Notes under the pieces: model-generated | The model's database searches: none | Seen by the model: only the letters and a program-made list of their open reading frames with translations | Told to the model about the DNA's origin: nothing | Program-made: the position numbers and the translations under genes | In this document: positions 33,988-45,571 of the stretch, piece by piece | Position numbering within the stretch: the first letter of the stretch is position 1 | How the letters are laid out: the number at the start of each line of letters is the position of its first letter | Assembly (NCBI GenBank): GCA_020536535.1 | Contig: JAHLWZ010000925.1 | Location: forward strand, 1 to 45,571 | Reading direction: 5' to 3' | Length of the DNA stretch: 45,571 nt | Source of the DNA: Pelomyxa schiedti | Lineage: Eukaryota; Protista; Evosea

Positions 33988-36900
33988 ATGATGACGACAC
34001 AGCAACGCCGGACAAGCGACGTTGGGACGAGACCGTCGGGGCTGGCCTTGGCGATGCAGCAGCAGCAGTCGGTGGTTGGAATCGATTACGAACTTTCTGT
34101 GATGGAGCACACGGACAGACCCAAATCCGACGACGACACTTTAATATTAATAAACAACAACAACACAACCACCACCATCATCAACGACACTGCGAACGAC
34201 GCCCTGAACGGTGCCGCCTCGCAACAAAATCAACAACAGCAACAACAAAAGCAACCACAATCGCAACCGCAACCCCAACCCCAACAGCAACAACCACAAC
34301 CACAACAACAGCAACAGTATGTGCCACAGCACCAGCACCAACGTCAAAGAAGTGGCATGGATGGTCCGTATTCACAAGCACAAAATGTGGCTGCTGTAGA
34401 GGACGGCGGGGCAACGGCTGGGCTGTTGCCTGCGGCAAATGGCGAGGGCAACAGCTCCCCGTCGGTAAACAACGGCCGCGCCACCAGTGGTTCAATTGGT
34501 GCCACTGGCACTGCAAATCAGAGCGGCACTCACGGTGCTTTGGGCGCGACTAATAATTCGATTCATTCCTCGTTTACTGTCCGGACTTCCACTCAATCAC
34601 AAAACTCTTCACCTAATTTAACCTCGTCACCTCAGCCTTCGACACCACTTCCGGGCACTTTAGCTCTCAGCACTCCACTTACATATACAACACTCTCTAA
34701 CAGCATGTCCATGACTAATTTACGTGATTCACCTTCACTGAAACGAGCCGAATCAAACTTAAGATCGTCGCTAATTATCCGCAGCTCATCACCTTCTGCC
34801 AACACATCTTCACCCATGGCATCCCAATTGCTGTTTGTATGTCAAAGGTGCAAACAGACTTTGGAAATTGAAGAAAGCTTGGGGAAAATAGATGTTGGTC
34901 TATTGAAAGAGGGTGGTGAGTTGTCATGTCATTTCATTTTCCAAAGTTCTCACCCCTCCTAGAAAGAAATGTACAACTACTATCTTCCTCTCAGAGGCCA
35001 GCAAATGTATGGATAAAATCAGAAACAACACCCAGAAGACGCAGTAGTGTTTTGCTGTTGCCAGGTACTACTATAGATTCAAGCTATTTCCCTGAAATAA
35101 AAATAAGTAGTCAGCAAAATCAGTTCTTCACCTATGGGCATTTCAGGTTTATCTGACTCTGACCTGACTAACTCGTTTATTGCACCCTCTTGCCACAGAA
35201 GATCAGGTACAACAAATGTCAAACGTATTTTGTTCCTCAAGGTTTTTTTAGTGTTAATGTCAGGTGAGGAGCTCAGCCAATTATCTGAAGCAATTTCAAA
35301 AAACTCCTTTATTCAGCAACAAACTTCAATACCACCAATACCACAACCCCAGCAGCAAGCGAGCCTATCACAAAGCACAAACAAACTTCCAGAACTGACG
35401 GAACCCCCAAAAGCCCTCCAACCATTACCATCTCAGGTACCCCTAATGCCACAACCACCACAATCGTCAGTTGACACCACACCCGACCAATCAGGTCATG
35501 GAGCTGCACCACATCTCGTATCCAACACAAAGGTGAGACCTTTGTACTTGCACTATTTTTGGGTTTTCACAACCTCAGGAAGATAAACTCAACGATGACC
35601 AATGTGAACCAGCCAATACTGCTCCCAATTCCACTGGTACTTTAAATTCCACACCTTCGACATACTCTCCAGTGGTAGCTGCCCCTTCAGCACCCCGTTC
35701 TCCTTCACCTGGCAGTCCTATGCAAAATACCCAAAGTTTGCGCTACTATCTCGCATTATCTGAGTTATTCACTTCATCATCGGAAATTTCATGTAACAAC
35801 TTCCTGCTCACTTTTTGGGAGTTCACTTTAAACAAAGGGATTGATCAACCTCTATGTTCCAATTGTGCACATATTTTGATTGCGGAACTTGAGGACCTTA
35901 GTGCAGAAAGGGAAACACAAGTAAGAACGCTCGACGAATCACACCTGACAGTGTACAGAAAAGTGTATTTTGTCACTATATTCAAAGTTTGGACGATTCT
36001 GGCGATGTCCAGTTGCAATTAACTGACACAATTGACAAGGAGCTCGCTAGGGTAGGTGATTTATATTTCTGTAATAACCCTGAAAAAGTTGGAAGCTGAA
36101 GAAATGCAACTGGAACAGGAATTATGTCTTCTAGAACAAACTTCCCAGTCCAACATTACGGAAATGCAATACCTCTCAAGACAATGCAGAAAATTGAATT
36201 ATTATGAGAGAAGGTCTACCAACATGTTGTTCCAAAATGGATGCCCATATTTAACCCCAGGTACTGGGAGTTGTTTGATGAGCACCATCGAGATTCGGCA
36301 CAGTTCACGGAGCTGTGGGGTGACACCCGTACTGCCCTCTCTACATCGAAGGATAAACTTGCATTTCTCAACAGGTAGACGTATTTACAACGTTGCAATG
36401 TTGTAAATTGCTCTAGTTGCAATCCTTTGAACGAGGCCTTCAATATTTGGTTTGAAGGCCATTTTGTCACAGTTAATGACTTCCGTCTTGGCCGACTCCC
36501 AAGTCAACAAGTATTCCTTTCGGCCTGTACTTAATTTACTAACCTTATGAAGCTCAAAGTGGAATGGGCTGAGAACAATGCTGCATGGGGTTACGCCTCA
36601 CTGCTCATCGTCAACATGGCAAGATTACTCAACTACGATTTTAAAGGGTACCCAAAACTTGTACCTCCACATACCCATTATTATGACTTCAGGTATCGGC
36701 TGACCCCTCTAGGCTGCAGTTCCCGTGTAGAAAAGTTAGACTCACACATTACATACGAATTGTAGGACTCTCCCCGAATTTAACTTGCCAGTACCAACTT
36801 TTCAACCAAGATTTGGAGACCCAAATGTCAGTATAGGGAGGTTATTTTGGTATAGGCGCTTTGATAACGCTGTTGCTGGATTTGTTTGTTGTGTCAAAGA

Positions 36901-37212
36901 ATTGGCCGACTATATGCAAGCAGTCGACCCCGGATTTGTGCTACCGTACCCGTAAGTGAAAGGCCCAAACAACAACACAGCTCTAACAACCAATGAAGTA
37001 TAAAGGATGATCATGTTGGGGAACTAAGTGTGCGAATACAATTCAACAATGAAGACACCTGGACAAAGTCCTTAAAGTGAGTTGGTTATTGCCTTTGCCC
37101 TGATCAGTGCACTTTTCTCACACTAGCGAACAGGAACCTCATGGTCAATTGCAAATTTATGCTACAGTGGTGTGTCTGTCACAACGGGCACGAAAAGCTG
37201 AACCGTGTGTGA
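33988..37212 (+). CDS. ATG6: Beclin-1 / Atg6 / Vps30 with long Q/N/S-rich N-terminal extension
   Basis: [19 protein letters not shown], a coiled coil, then the BARA domain [73 protein letters not shown]. Confidence 0.93.
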
Positions 37213-37319
37213 CGCAGGCTAGCTCTTACCTTTTTGGGTCTTTCTGTGAAAGTTAATTCTGAAATAACCGCGACACGGGTCAGGTCTTTTTCATGAGGAA
37301 GCAAGCAAAGGCAATAATA

Positions 37320-37661
37320 TTTGTTGATCGTGTACATGCATCTTACCTTTCTAAGAATACCCTATATGCCGGAGGAAAACCAAAACAGCGTTTAGTGTTG
37401 GTTGTTTTCAGCAAAAAACGGAACAAACCAAAAAGCAAGANNNNNNNNNNNNNNNNNNNNNNNNNNNNNNNNNNNNNNNNNNNNNNNNNNNNNNNNNNNN
37501 NNNNNNNNNNNNNNNNNNNNNNNNNNNNNNNNNNNNNNNNTTTGTTGATCGTGTACATGCATCTTACCTTTCTAAGAATACCCTATATGCCGGAGGAAAA
37601 CCAAAACAGCGTTTAGTGTTGGTTGTTTTCAGCAAAAAACGGAACAAACCAAAAAGCAAGA
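37320..37661. other. Scaffold gap (100 N) flanked by an exact 121-bp direct duplication (37320-37440 = 37541-37661)
   Basis: The identical sequence tttgttgatcgtgtacatgc...aaccaaaaagcaaga ends at the gap and restarts straight after it, typical of unmerged overlapping contig ends. Confidence 0.9.
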
Positions 37662-37664
37662 ACG

Positions 37665-40600
37665 ATGAAAGGGGCCTCGAGTGCAAGCGACAACGAGGTC
37701 GCTAGTGAGCCCACAGGGTCATTCCAGAAGCGGGTCAGAATTATGGGAGGATTTGGCCCCAGCAGAACCACCACATCAACAACAACCACATCCACCGCAG
37801 GTGCAACGTCAACAGAAATAACAAGAGTGGGTGCGCCCATAAGTTCCTCCTTTGACAGAGATTTTGGAATGGAGCTCACCAACCCCGAAAATAGCCGCGG
37901 CGCAGGGGACCGCAGTATTTCCGTCACTTTGGCCTGTCCCAATCAACGCAGGTACAGTGACCCTCTTTCTCGTCCATTACCACTTGGCCCTGATTCTTTT
38001 CTTTTTTTCCCCCTGTTACCTTGCCGGGGCCATTATGCAGCCCACACGGTAGCATGCCAAATACAGCCAGGGATTTGTGCACGTCAAGCTCGACGACGTC
38101 CCTAATAGCACGCGACCCAACGGCGGTCGTTGCAACGGCGGCGTGGACACACCTTCATGCGCACGCCCACGCCCACGCACAGGCACAAGCAGCGCGCGCA
38201 CAATTGGCATCTTTGAGCGCCGGAGGCAATTGTGGGACGGTGGCCAATACGGCTGTGGTGCAGCCTGGCCAGGGGTGCCAGAGATTTCCATCTCCTGTGA
38301 ATCCTGTTTTGTCACCACTGAATCCAAAAGTATGAGTGAGTTCCTGCCTCCAAACATTCCCGCAACTTGCTGGATTTTCTTCACCTAACTAACTAAATGG
38401 TTTTTCTTTTTTCTTTCTTTTGCTCCGTAAAAAAAATAATTTAGGCTGTGGATTCTACTCCAGTTCTGACTCCTGTTACTATTGCTACTATTTCTCCTGC
38501 TCTTATATCAGCTGCCGCGACAGTAGCACGTACCGCAGAGGAAGAACAAACAGGATCGAGGCCAATAAGTTCACTCAAAAGCTCCACAGCTACAAGTTCA
38601 AGCTATCTTGGACTGGACAAATCAGCATCTTCCTCAACATCCGTTTCTGAATCAGAGAGTTCAGTATATACTGGGATTGGAGGAAGTTGGTTGCGACAGT
38701 TGGGATTAACTAGCTCATGGAGAAAAATAAGAGCAAAATATTTTGGCCAGAGAGAGATCTTTGCGTTTATGTTTGAGCTCAATTCTGACGTCCCATTCTC
38801 ATCGTATGTACATCTTACTGGCTCTCAAGCATGACTTCATCTCCAGGAGCCTTATGCCTCTATGCTACTTCATACAACTGATTCAGGTATTGGGCCTCGT
38901 TTTATTAGCTACAATGGGTTCAAATTCTCCCTATAGTCATGAAGGCAAGTGTGATTTTTATCTCTCCCTCTATTGATACCTCCTAGCTTCGCTTGTTACA
39001 ACTATGAAAGTTTTCAGTATCTTCACCAAATGGATTCCTGATGATATCACCTTTTTCCCCTTGTGCATATGGGCTGGTGTTCTTGCTTCGATTTATATTC
39101 TAATCTTTGTATTGACATTTACCTCTCATTTGCACTTCACAAATGAGGTAAAGGCATTTGTTCCAAAAAAATGTATCTAAGCACTCACAGGCTCATTTAC
39201 CCTACGTCATTAAAAAAATTTTGTGCCTCTTCTATCACTATGGAGTTGATATCCTGGTTACTCCTAGCCTTGCTGCATGGATACCCTTTTCCCTTGGGAA
39301 AAGGTTTGTGCCCCCACATCATTACACATAAACATATATGCACAGAACTCTTGGCAGTTGGGTAACAATAGATAGCAATCAAGGGATAATTGTAGGAGAA
39401 CCTTTTTCCAGCATAGTCTAAGGTTAATTAGGCCATGTCTATGCTATCATGGTTTGGCTTTGCTTGCTTAACGCTTTTTTTGTTCTCGAGATTATTCATT
39501 TTTCCTGGTAACTGTAACTGCCATAAAGTCAGGTAACTGGTCCATCAACTCACAAAACCCTTACGTTTCTTTAGGGGGGTTTGGCTTGTTTGGTCGGCTG
39601 CAGTACCAATCGTGCTTTCATGGGTCAAAGTAATCTCACTAGTCCTCACTGATATTCCTGCAATTTCTGATCCAAGTATTGTTGATGTCTCCGTATTTTT
39701 TTCCCTAAAATAATGTATTAGTTATTCCTGCTTCTGTGGAACTGTTCCTGTTTTTATTTTGTTCCATTGCTCTGGTAATCTTTCTTCCTTTTCGATCTCG
39801 GTTGGGGAACCAGCTCATTACTTCAGCACTTTTCATCTTCACTGCCTGGTAACTTCCCAATTTCCTTTGCTAATGGTAATTTGTTTACATAGCTCTGCCC
39901 TGTCTTTAGCTGCCGCAATATGTGTTAGGGATTCTCCAAGCATATTGAAATCACTTTTTATTGCTTCCATGACCACAATACCTGGCTGGGTATTTCTGGC
40001 ATTCTGTGTTATTCTAGTTCGCTACAAGTTCATCCTTCGTCAAGTGAACCAAATATCAATTTCCATGGACTCAGGAGACCTCGAGTACATAAGTTTCTCT
40101 TGCCAGTCCCATCGACTAACAACACTAGGAATGCAGCTGTTACTGAAACGGCGGGAGCAGTTGCAGTTAAAGAAAATCGGTATAGCTTTTCCTGGCAAGT
40201 AATGGTATACGCTATTGTGGCCAACTCTCTTGATGATCCCTCTGTAAGCTGTGGCATTTTACACTACGTAGGTAATATGCACTTTATGGGAAAATAACAT
40301 TACACAGGGAGTTACTCATTTTCCCTCTGCATATTTTCTGTGGCTTGCATATGGCAGAGCAACTCTGTCTCACGACCTCCAAGTTTCTGGGTTTTGCCTC
40401 CAACAGTCGAACAAGGTAAACCCTTGAAAATTCTGCAGAACACTAATTATTGTATTGTAGTTAGTACCCGCCTGGGCCCTTCCTTCCCTCTATAATCAGT
40501 TTGCCTTGGATAAAATGAGGCGGGAATCTGAGCAAAAAACAGAAGAAAATACTGTACGCTTGTTGTTATCAATAAAGAGGTGCCACGAAAAAGCGCTGTG

Positions 40601-43600
40601 CTATATTCACAAGTATGATGACATTACTTTTTTATTTTTATTTTTATTTTATACTAAGTGAGTATTAGGTTTTGGAGTTTCCTTCTCAGTGACGGGGTCA
40701 ACCAGCAGTCCCTGCACCATCTGGTTTCCAAAATACAAAAAGCAGAAAAAAGATGTGATGAACTATTCAAAGTACAGTCCTTTCCTTAAAACTTCTCTTT
40801 CTCTTGACCTAAAACTAGATAATTTTGCCTGGGAACAAGGTGTGTTCTTCAAACAAAAGGTGTGTTCAAACTTCTCATAGGTCACTGACAATCCTACCTT
40901 GCTGCGCGCTTTTGCTGAATATGTACGTGATATTAAGCAAAATAACATTCTTGCAATGCATTACTTGGAAATGGCCGACCACATGGAAAGCCATTCAACA
41001 CCCTGCAAGCCAATCACTGGGAAAGTTCAAGATAACCCCCAAATGAAACATGACGTGGAGAATGAAAATGAATTCATGGTTGAGGCTGCAGTTTTACGGT
41101 TTGCCTCCTTTACATAATGTAAAAAATATTTATCATACTAGGCAAGAGGAACTTGCACAACAAGTGCAGATTAGGAAACAGCTCGAAATATCATGTCGAT
41201 CAAAGGCCTTCTCGCGATTTTATTTTGCATCGTATTTCATGCAGTTGGTCACATGTATTGTACTGTTGGCGAGGTATGAGATCTGATATTTGGGATAGGC
41301 ATTTACGTACTCATCAAGCTTCATCCTTGCCCGGACTGCGTTTAAGGAGCGTGAAAGCGATTATACTCTTATTGCTGCTGCCGGGGGCATGCGAAGCTCA
41401 GAACTACAGGTACACAAATTATTAAATATATTCATTGTAACTTTTCTCCAGGGTGCTTATGGGTCCAGGTGTCTCCAACTAGCTGTTGGAGGACTTCGTC
41501 CTTTCTCCTTCAACATTACCAACTATGCCAGTGACCTTGGGGATGAAATGGTTTCGTTAACTGACACAGCTGAAAACCTTTTTTTGAATGAAGATACTTC
41601 ATATCAGGTTCACTTACATCAGCGCCAAATTGTTTTTAATAATTAGCCCAATAGGCTGTTCACAATGCATGGCACGCGACTGATATTACTTGTTCTAAAT
41701 ATCACCAACTTGTGGGAAAAACGGAGGTTACAAATACCTCTCTCTGGGACATGCTAGAAATATATACAAGCAAGGTTCATGATAATGTGGCTCTGTTAAC
41801 TGCTGAGGTTCTGGACTCGGACCAGCTCTCTGAGCCTTTTTATTATGTAATAAAAAATGGCCCCACCAAGTGTGCGATTGTTCATTCTTTCTTAAATTAA
41901 TATAACTCAGCCTTTGGAGTGGTATCTGGAGACTCGTTTCTGCTTATGAGGATAGATTCCGTGCAGAAACCCAACATACACTTGTTGTGACTGTGACAGT
42001 TCTAGCAACTTGTGCACTACTTCCCCTGGCCACTTTTTTCTTGGTTCTGGTCCCGTCCTTGATTTCTCTGAGTCGAGAACAGTGGATGGTTCACCAGTTA
42101 TTTCTGCAGATCCCTAAAGCTAGTGTATCAGCAATATGTGATAAGATTTCCTCCAAAATTTCACAGAAGGCAATAACTCTCCACAATTCCACAATGTAGA
42201 AAAAATTAATTCACTGTGCAGAGTGCATCTTTACAAAAAGATCTTGAGATCATGGCTGCAGTAAATTCATATAAATCAAAACGCTGGAATGAAAGGAAAC
42301 CCCTTATGGCTCTTGGGGCCCTATTCCTGTTAGTATTTGCGCTGATCCTTTGCACAATTATAGTAATTTCTGGGCTTGCCCTGAAAACCAACTCTGAATA
42401 TATGGTTAGTGGCAAATAGTCGTCTCCGTTTAACAAAAATACAAAAGGACAGAGCTCTAGAAATAAATGTAGCTGGGTCAAGAAGAAGTCTCAGTCTTCG
42501 AATGTTGACACTTCTGCAAGAGGCAATCATTGAGGACAGCCTTTACCACACGAAAGAGGAAATGATGACAGAATTTTTGCGTACAACAGATCTTCTGTAC
42601 CGTGCACATGAGAATGTGAAGTTTGGAAATAAAACCCTTGGTCTTTCAGGTGCAGAATCTTTACATGTTGGGAATACCCTAAATTATATTTAGGCTCTGT
42701 GGGTAGGTCCTCTGCCCAGGATTCATTATTGTTTGATACCCGTTGTGACCAATATGAACAATATCGATGCATGAGTCTCGATACAATAATGCGGAATTTT
42801 ATTGAAGTTTTCCCCCCCCTACTATCAACTTACATTAATTGATGAATGAAGATGGCACATGATCTGTATACAGTCAGAGACCTTCTTACTTCTTTCAACT
42901 TCAGCCTGTTTTTAACCTTTGAGACACTTCAAGTTGACTATGTCATGCCCCTATTGAGCCAGTCCAAAAAGATCTATGTGGCTGAAGTACCAGAATTGGT
43001 CAATACGTCAAATAAAAGTACCCTCATTGCATATAGCAGCTCCTAACACCATCAATAGGAATCCTCTGGATTTTCTGCTTTGCACTGGGTCTACTTTTTG
43101 TACTATTCTTTTTTGTTATACGGCCATCTATAGGTTTGTCCTTCTTTTCTCACACATTGTCTTTCCTTTTTTTTTTTTTTTGAACTTTCAAACAGGAAAA
43201 GTTGAAACGGAAATTCACACAACACGAGCCATGTTGGGAATGGTTCCAATAGATGTAATACGAGAAACACCAACCCTACTATCATTCGTTGTAAAAGGCC
43301 AGCTGTCAGATAGTGCTTTCGATAACTCCAATGAACGCTCCCGCGCAATTATCATGGCGGCAGTGGATGCCGTAGTGGAATTGACTCACACTGGAGTGAT
43401 TGTAAGCATCAATCCTAGTGGTGAACAAACAACTGGTACGATTGTGTCTCGGGTGAGACTCTCTATCTCTAATTAGATTTCATTAGGTTACTCTGCTTCC
43501 AGCATTATAGGGAAACATTTTACCGTTCTTCTTCGAGATGATACGGATGCTCGTGCTGTTGCTGATAAATTGAATCAGTGCAGTGAACTTCTTTCTACAG

Positions 43601-44968
43601 GAGGAATGTCATCTCTTATCCATGGGAAAGAAAGGCAAGTGGGGAATTCCGCTGGTAGTAGCTGGTCAATGAATGTAACTGGCATGCGCTTTGATGGCTC
43701 ATTCTTCCCTGCAATAGCCACTTTGAGTTTATTTGTGATAGGAGGCAAAGTGAGATTTGCCTTCTTTTTAAGAGATACAACACCCGAACAGGTTCGTTAA
43801 AGTGGGTTTGTTAGTATAAAGTAACAACATACACAAAAAAAAAATCAGAAACATGAGGAACTCCTGAGGGAGGAGAAAAGGATGTACGAAGAGCTTCTAT
43901 TTAGTGTTCTTCCTCGTCAAATTGCTTATCGATTGAGAAACGGTGAAAAGGATATCGTCGAATCTGGTGAGTTTGTGTAGCTTCTACTCCTTTCTTGACT
44001 TTTGTTAGTTCCTGTTGCTACCGTAATGTTCGCCGATATTGTCCAATTTACGTATGTGCCACATAGTACCGTTTTTTTTTTTTGACGTGAAACCAAGCCC
44101 GTGGAGCGCTTCTGTACCACCTTCCCAGGTCATTCGGGTACTGAACCAACTTTTTTGTTCCTGGTAATACCCTATCTTTCTTTAGCTTGTAACCTTTCAT
44201 CAGGGACGATCTTCTATTGACTAAGTATACAAACATTGAAAAGATAAAGGTTTTATTTTGGTCTATTTTCTCTGTTCATTAATAGTAAAAGACAATTGGG
44301 GATTGTTACCTTTGTGCTGCGGGTTTATTTGACCAAGATGATAAGAACTTAGCTGCAAAAAGAGCGAAGGAGGTCACTTCAAACTTATGAAGATAGTAGA
44401 ACCTTACTATAAAGCCAGGTCATCTCTCTAGCGCTTGACATGATAGCATCCTTGAAGGAAACCAACATACAAATACGAGTGGGAGTGAACACAGGGCCTG
44501 TTTTTGCAGTATGAAGGATAGCTTTTCCAAAAACCAAGTCCTCAACTCCTACAAACAGGGCATTGTTGGATCACCAATAGTGAAACCAACCTTTGACATT
44601 TTCGGAAGTACCGTTAATGTAGCATCTCGAATGGAGAGTTCCTCCTCTGCTAATGTAATTCAGATGACCCGGTACTCCCCCTCCCCTCCACCCACACTCA
44701 CAAAAAAAAAAAAAAAAAAAAAAAACAACCACCCAAACTTATTCCCTTTCCTCTTCTAACGGGTTCATTCAGTTCCACGTATGAGCTGGTTTATGACTCG
44801 TTCCAACTGGCAGAACACGAAGTGGATGTCAAGGGGTGTGGGCTCATGAGAACCTACACAGTAATTCACTCGAATTCAACGGCGGATGACATAGCTTCTT
44901 GCGCAAAGGCCGCGTGCACACTCTCCCGCGTGGCTCCAAAGCCACACAACACCGCCGAGAATGATTGA
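37665..44968 (+). CDS. Large multi-pass membrane receptor adenylyl cyclase (TmcB-like N-terminal membrane/TPR region, two extracytoplasmic domains, PAS, class III cyclase)
   Basis: Many TM exons at 38830-40030; TPR-like GVTHFPSAYFLWLAYG and DNPTLLRAFAEYVRDIKQN; PAS AAVDAVVELTHTGVIVSINPSGE...GMRFDGSFFP...FLRD; helical linker EELLFSVLPRQIAYRL; cyclase TVMFADIVQFT, IEKIKTIGDCY, IRVGVNTGP, FDIFGSTVNVASRMES, VKGCG. The Lys in KIK and Asp in FDIFG indicate ATP specificity. The N-terminal exon structure is approximate. Confidence 0.85.
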
Positions 44969-45120
44969 GCCCAGGGGCTCTCAGTCTGTGGCTTCTTCCA
45001 TTTGTAGATTATCACAGCCTATGTAAGTAGTTTTGTCAATAAAAAAACAAGAGAATTTTTTTTTTATTAAATTTATCGTTTTTCAAGAATCGCCTATGGT
45101 TGGTTGTTAAGGAGTGCCTC

Positions 45121-45571
45121 TCAGCGTCTTAGTAGAGGAGTGAGACCAAAGTGGGCGCATTCGGCATGGACCAAGTCCGTAAGCGCATTGAATAATTGTG
45201 GGACGGCTCCGGCCTGGGGTACGATGTACCAGCCTTTGGGACCCTGAGAGCCAGGACTCTGAGGAATGTGCACCCACGTGGGTGTTCCTGTTGGTGCAGA
45301 TGCGTTCGTTGTGGTATCGAGGGCTCCTTGGGGTTCCGGTTCCGACCAGTACCCGGAATCTGTTGGCCACTTGTAGGACAAATGCCGTGTACAAGGCTCC
45401 TTTTTTTGGAGTTTGAGTTGTTGACATCAGAACAGGAAGGAGAGTAGTCGGGGATGCTTACTGCATTGGTATGTTTACTAACAATGTTGTAGATGCCGTT
45501 GTTGTCTTCAGTACATACGATGAAGATTACATTACAATTTTCTTCCAACCTGGGAGAGATCCATCCATGGA
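45121..45571 (-). CDS. 3' end of a hypothetical protein running off the window
   Basis: Open frame ...LEENCNVIFIVCTEDNNGIYNIVSKHTNA, then a probable GTAAGC...AAAG intron, then EPCTRHLSYKWPTD...AHFGLTPLLRR*. It converges on the cyclase with a short AT-rich spacer. No family recognised. Confidence 0.45.

Noticed and set aside
36511-36560. Beclin-1 intron with a U12-like donor (GTATTCCTTT) and an apparent non-AG acceptor before VEW
   Set aside because: A canonical in-frame AAG acceptor six nucleotides upstream works (adding LK), and the donor does not match the strict RTATCCTT consensus.
37320-37661. 121-bp direct repeat flanking the N gap, resembling an LTR or target-site duplication
   Set aside because: The copies are exact and abut a 100-N placeholder on both sides, so unmerged contig overlap is the simplest explanation.
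1-45571. Prokaryotic systems (CRISPR arrays, operons, IS elements), tRNA or rRNA genes
   Set aside because: I saw no spaced repeats, transposase motifs or structured RNA genes. Genes with bacterial-like domains contain spliceosomal introns, so they are not contamination.

Overview
A gene-dense eukaryotic (protist) genomic window with many very short spliceosomal introns (mostly about 40-60 nt, GT-AG, weak donors, frequent AAG acceptors, at least two probable GC-AG). The gene content and style suggest an amoebozoan, possibly an archamoeba such as Pelomyxa; this is inference only. By splicing the reading frames by hand I find 15 complete or near-complete genes: HAUS6, a stand-alone ABC ATPase, an N-acylated Rab5-like GTPase, a PX-PH-zinc-finger MAST/IRE-type AGC kinase, an MST/STE20 kinase, two tandem GT32 glycosyltransferase-nucleotide-sugar transporter fusion genes, an LRR-PP2C phosphatase, a membrane-anchored dual-specificity phosphatase, a TBC1D13-like RabGAP, a doubled calflagin-like EF-hand protein, RAB3GAP2-N, a degenerate Rab-like GTPase, Beclin-1/Atg6, and a large multi-TM receptor-PAS-adenylyl cyclase. 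A partial gene lies at the right edge. The strongest candidate for an undescribed system is the duplicated single-chain fusion of a luminal GT32 (SUR1/CSG1/Och1-type) transferase to a Vrg4/GONST-like transporter. Other leads are NarX P-box-like motifs in the receptor cyclase and an ARA6/Rab5b-style myristoylated Rab5. CDS coordinates span first to last codon and include introns. All gene models are manual and not checked against transcripts.
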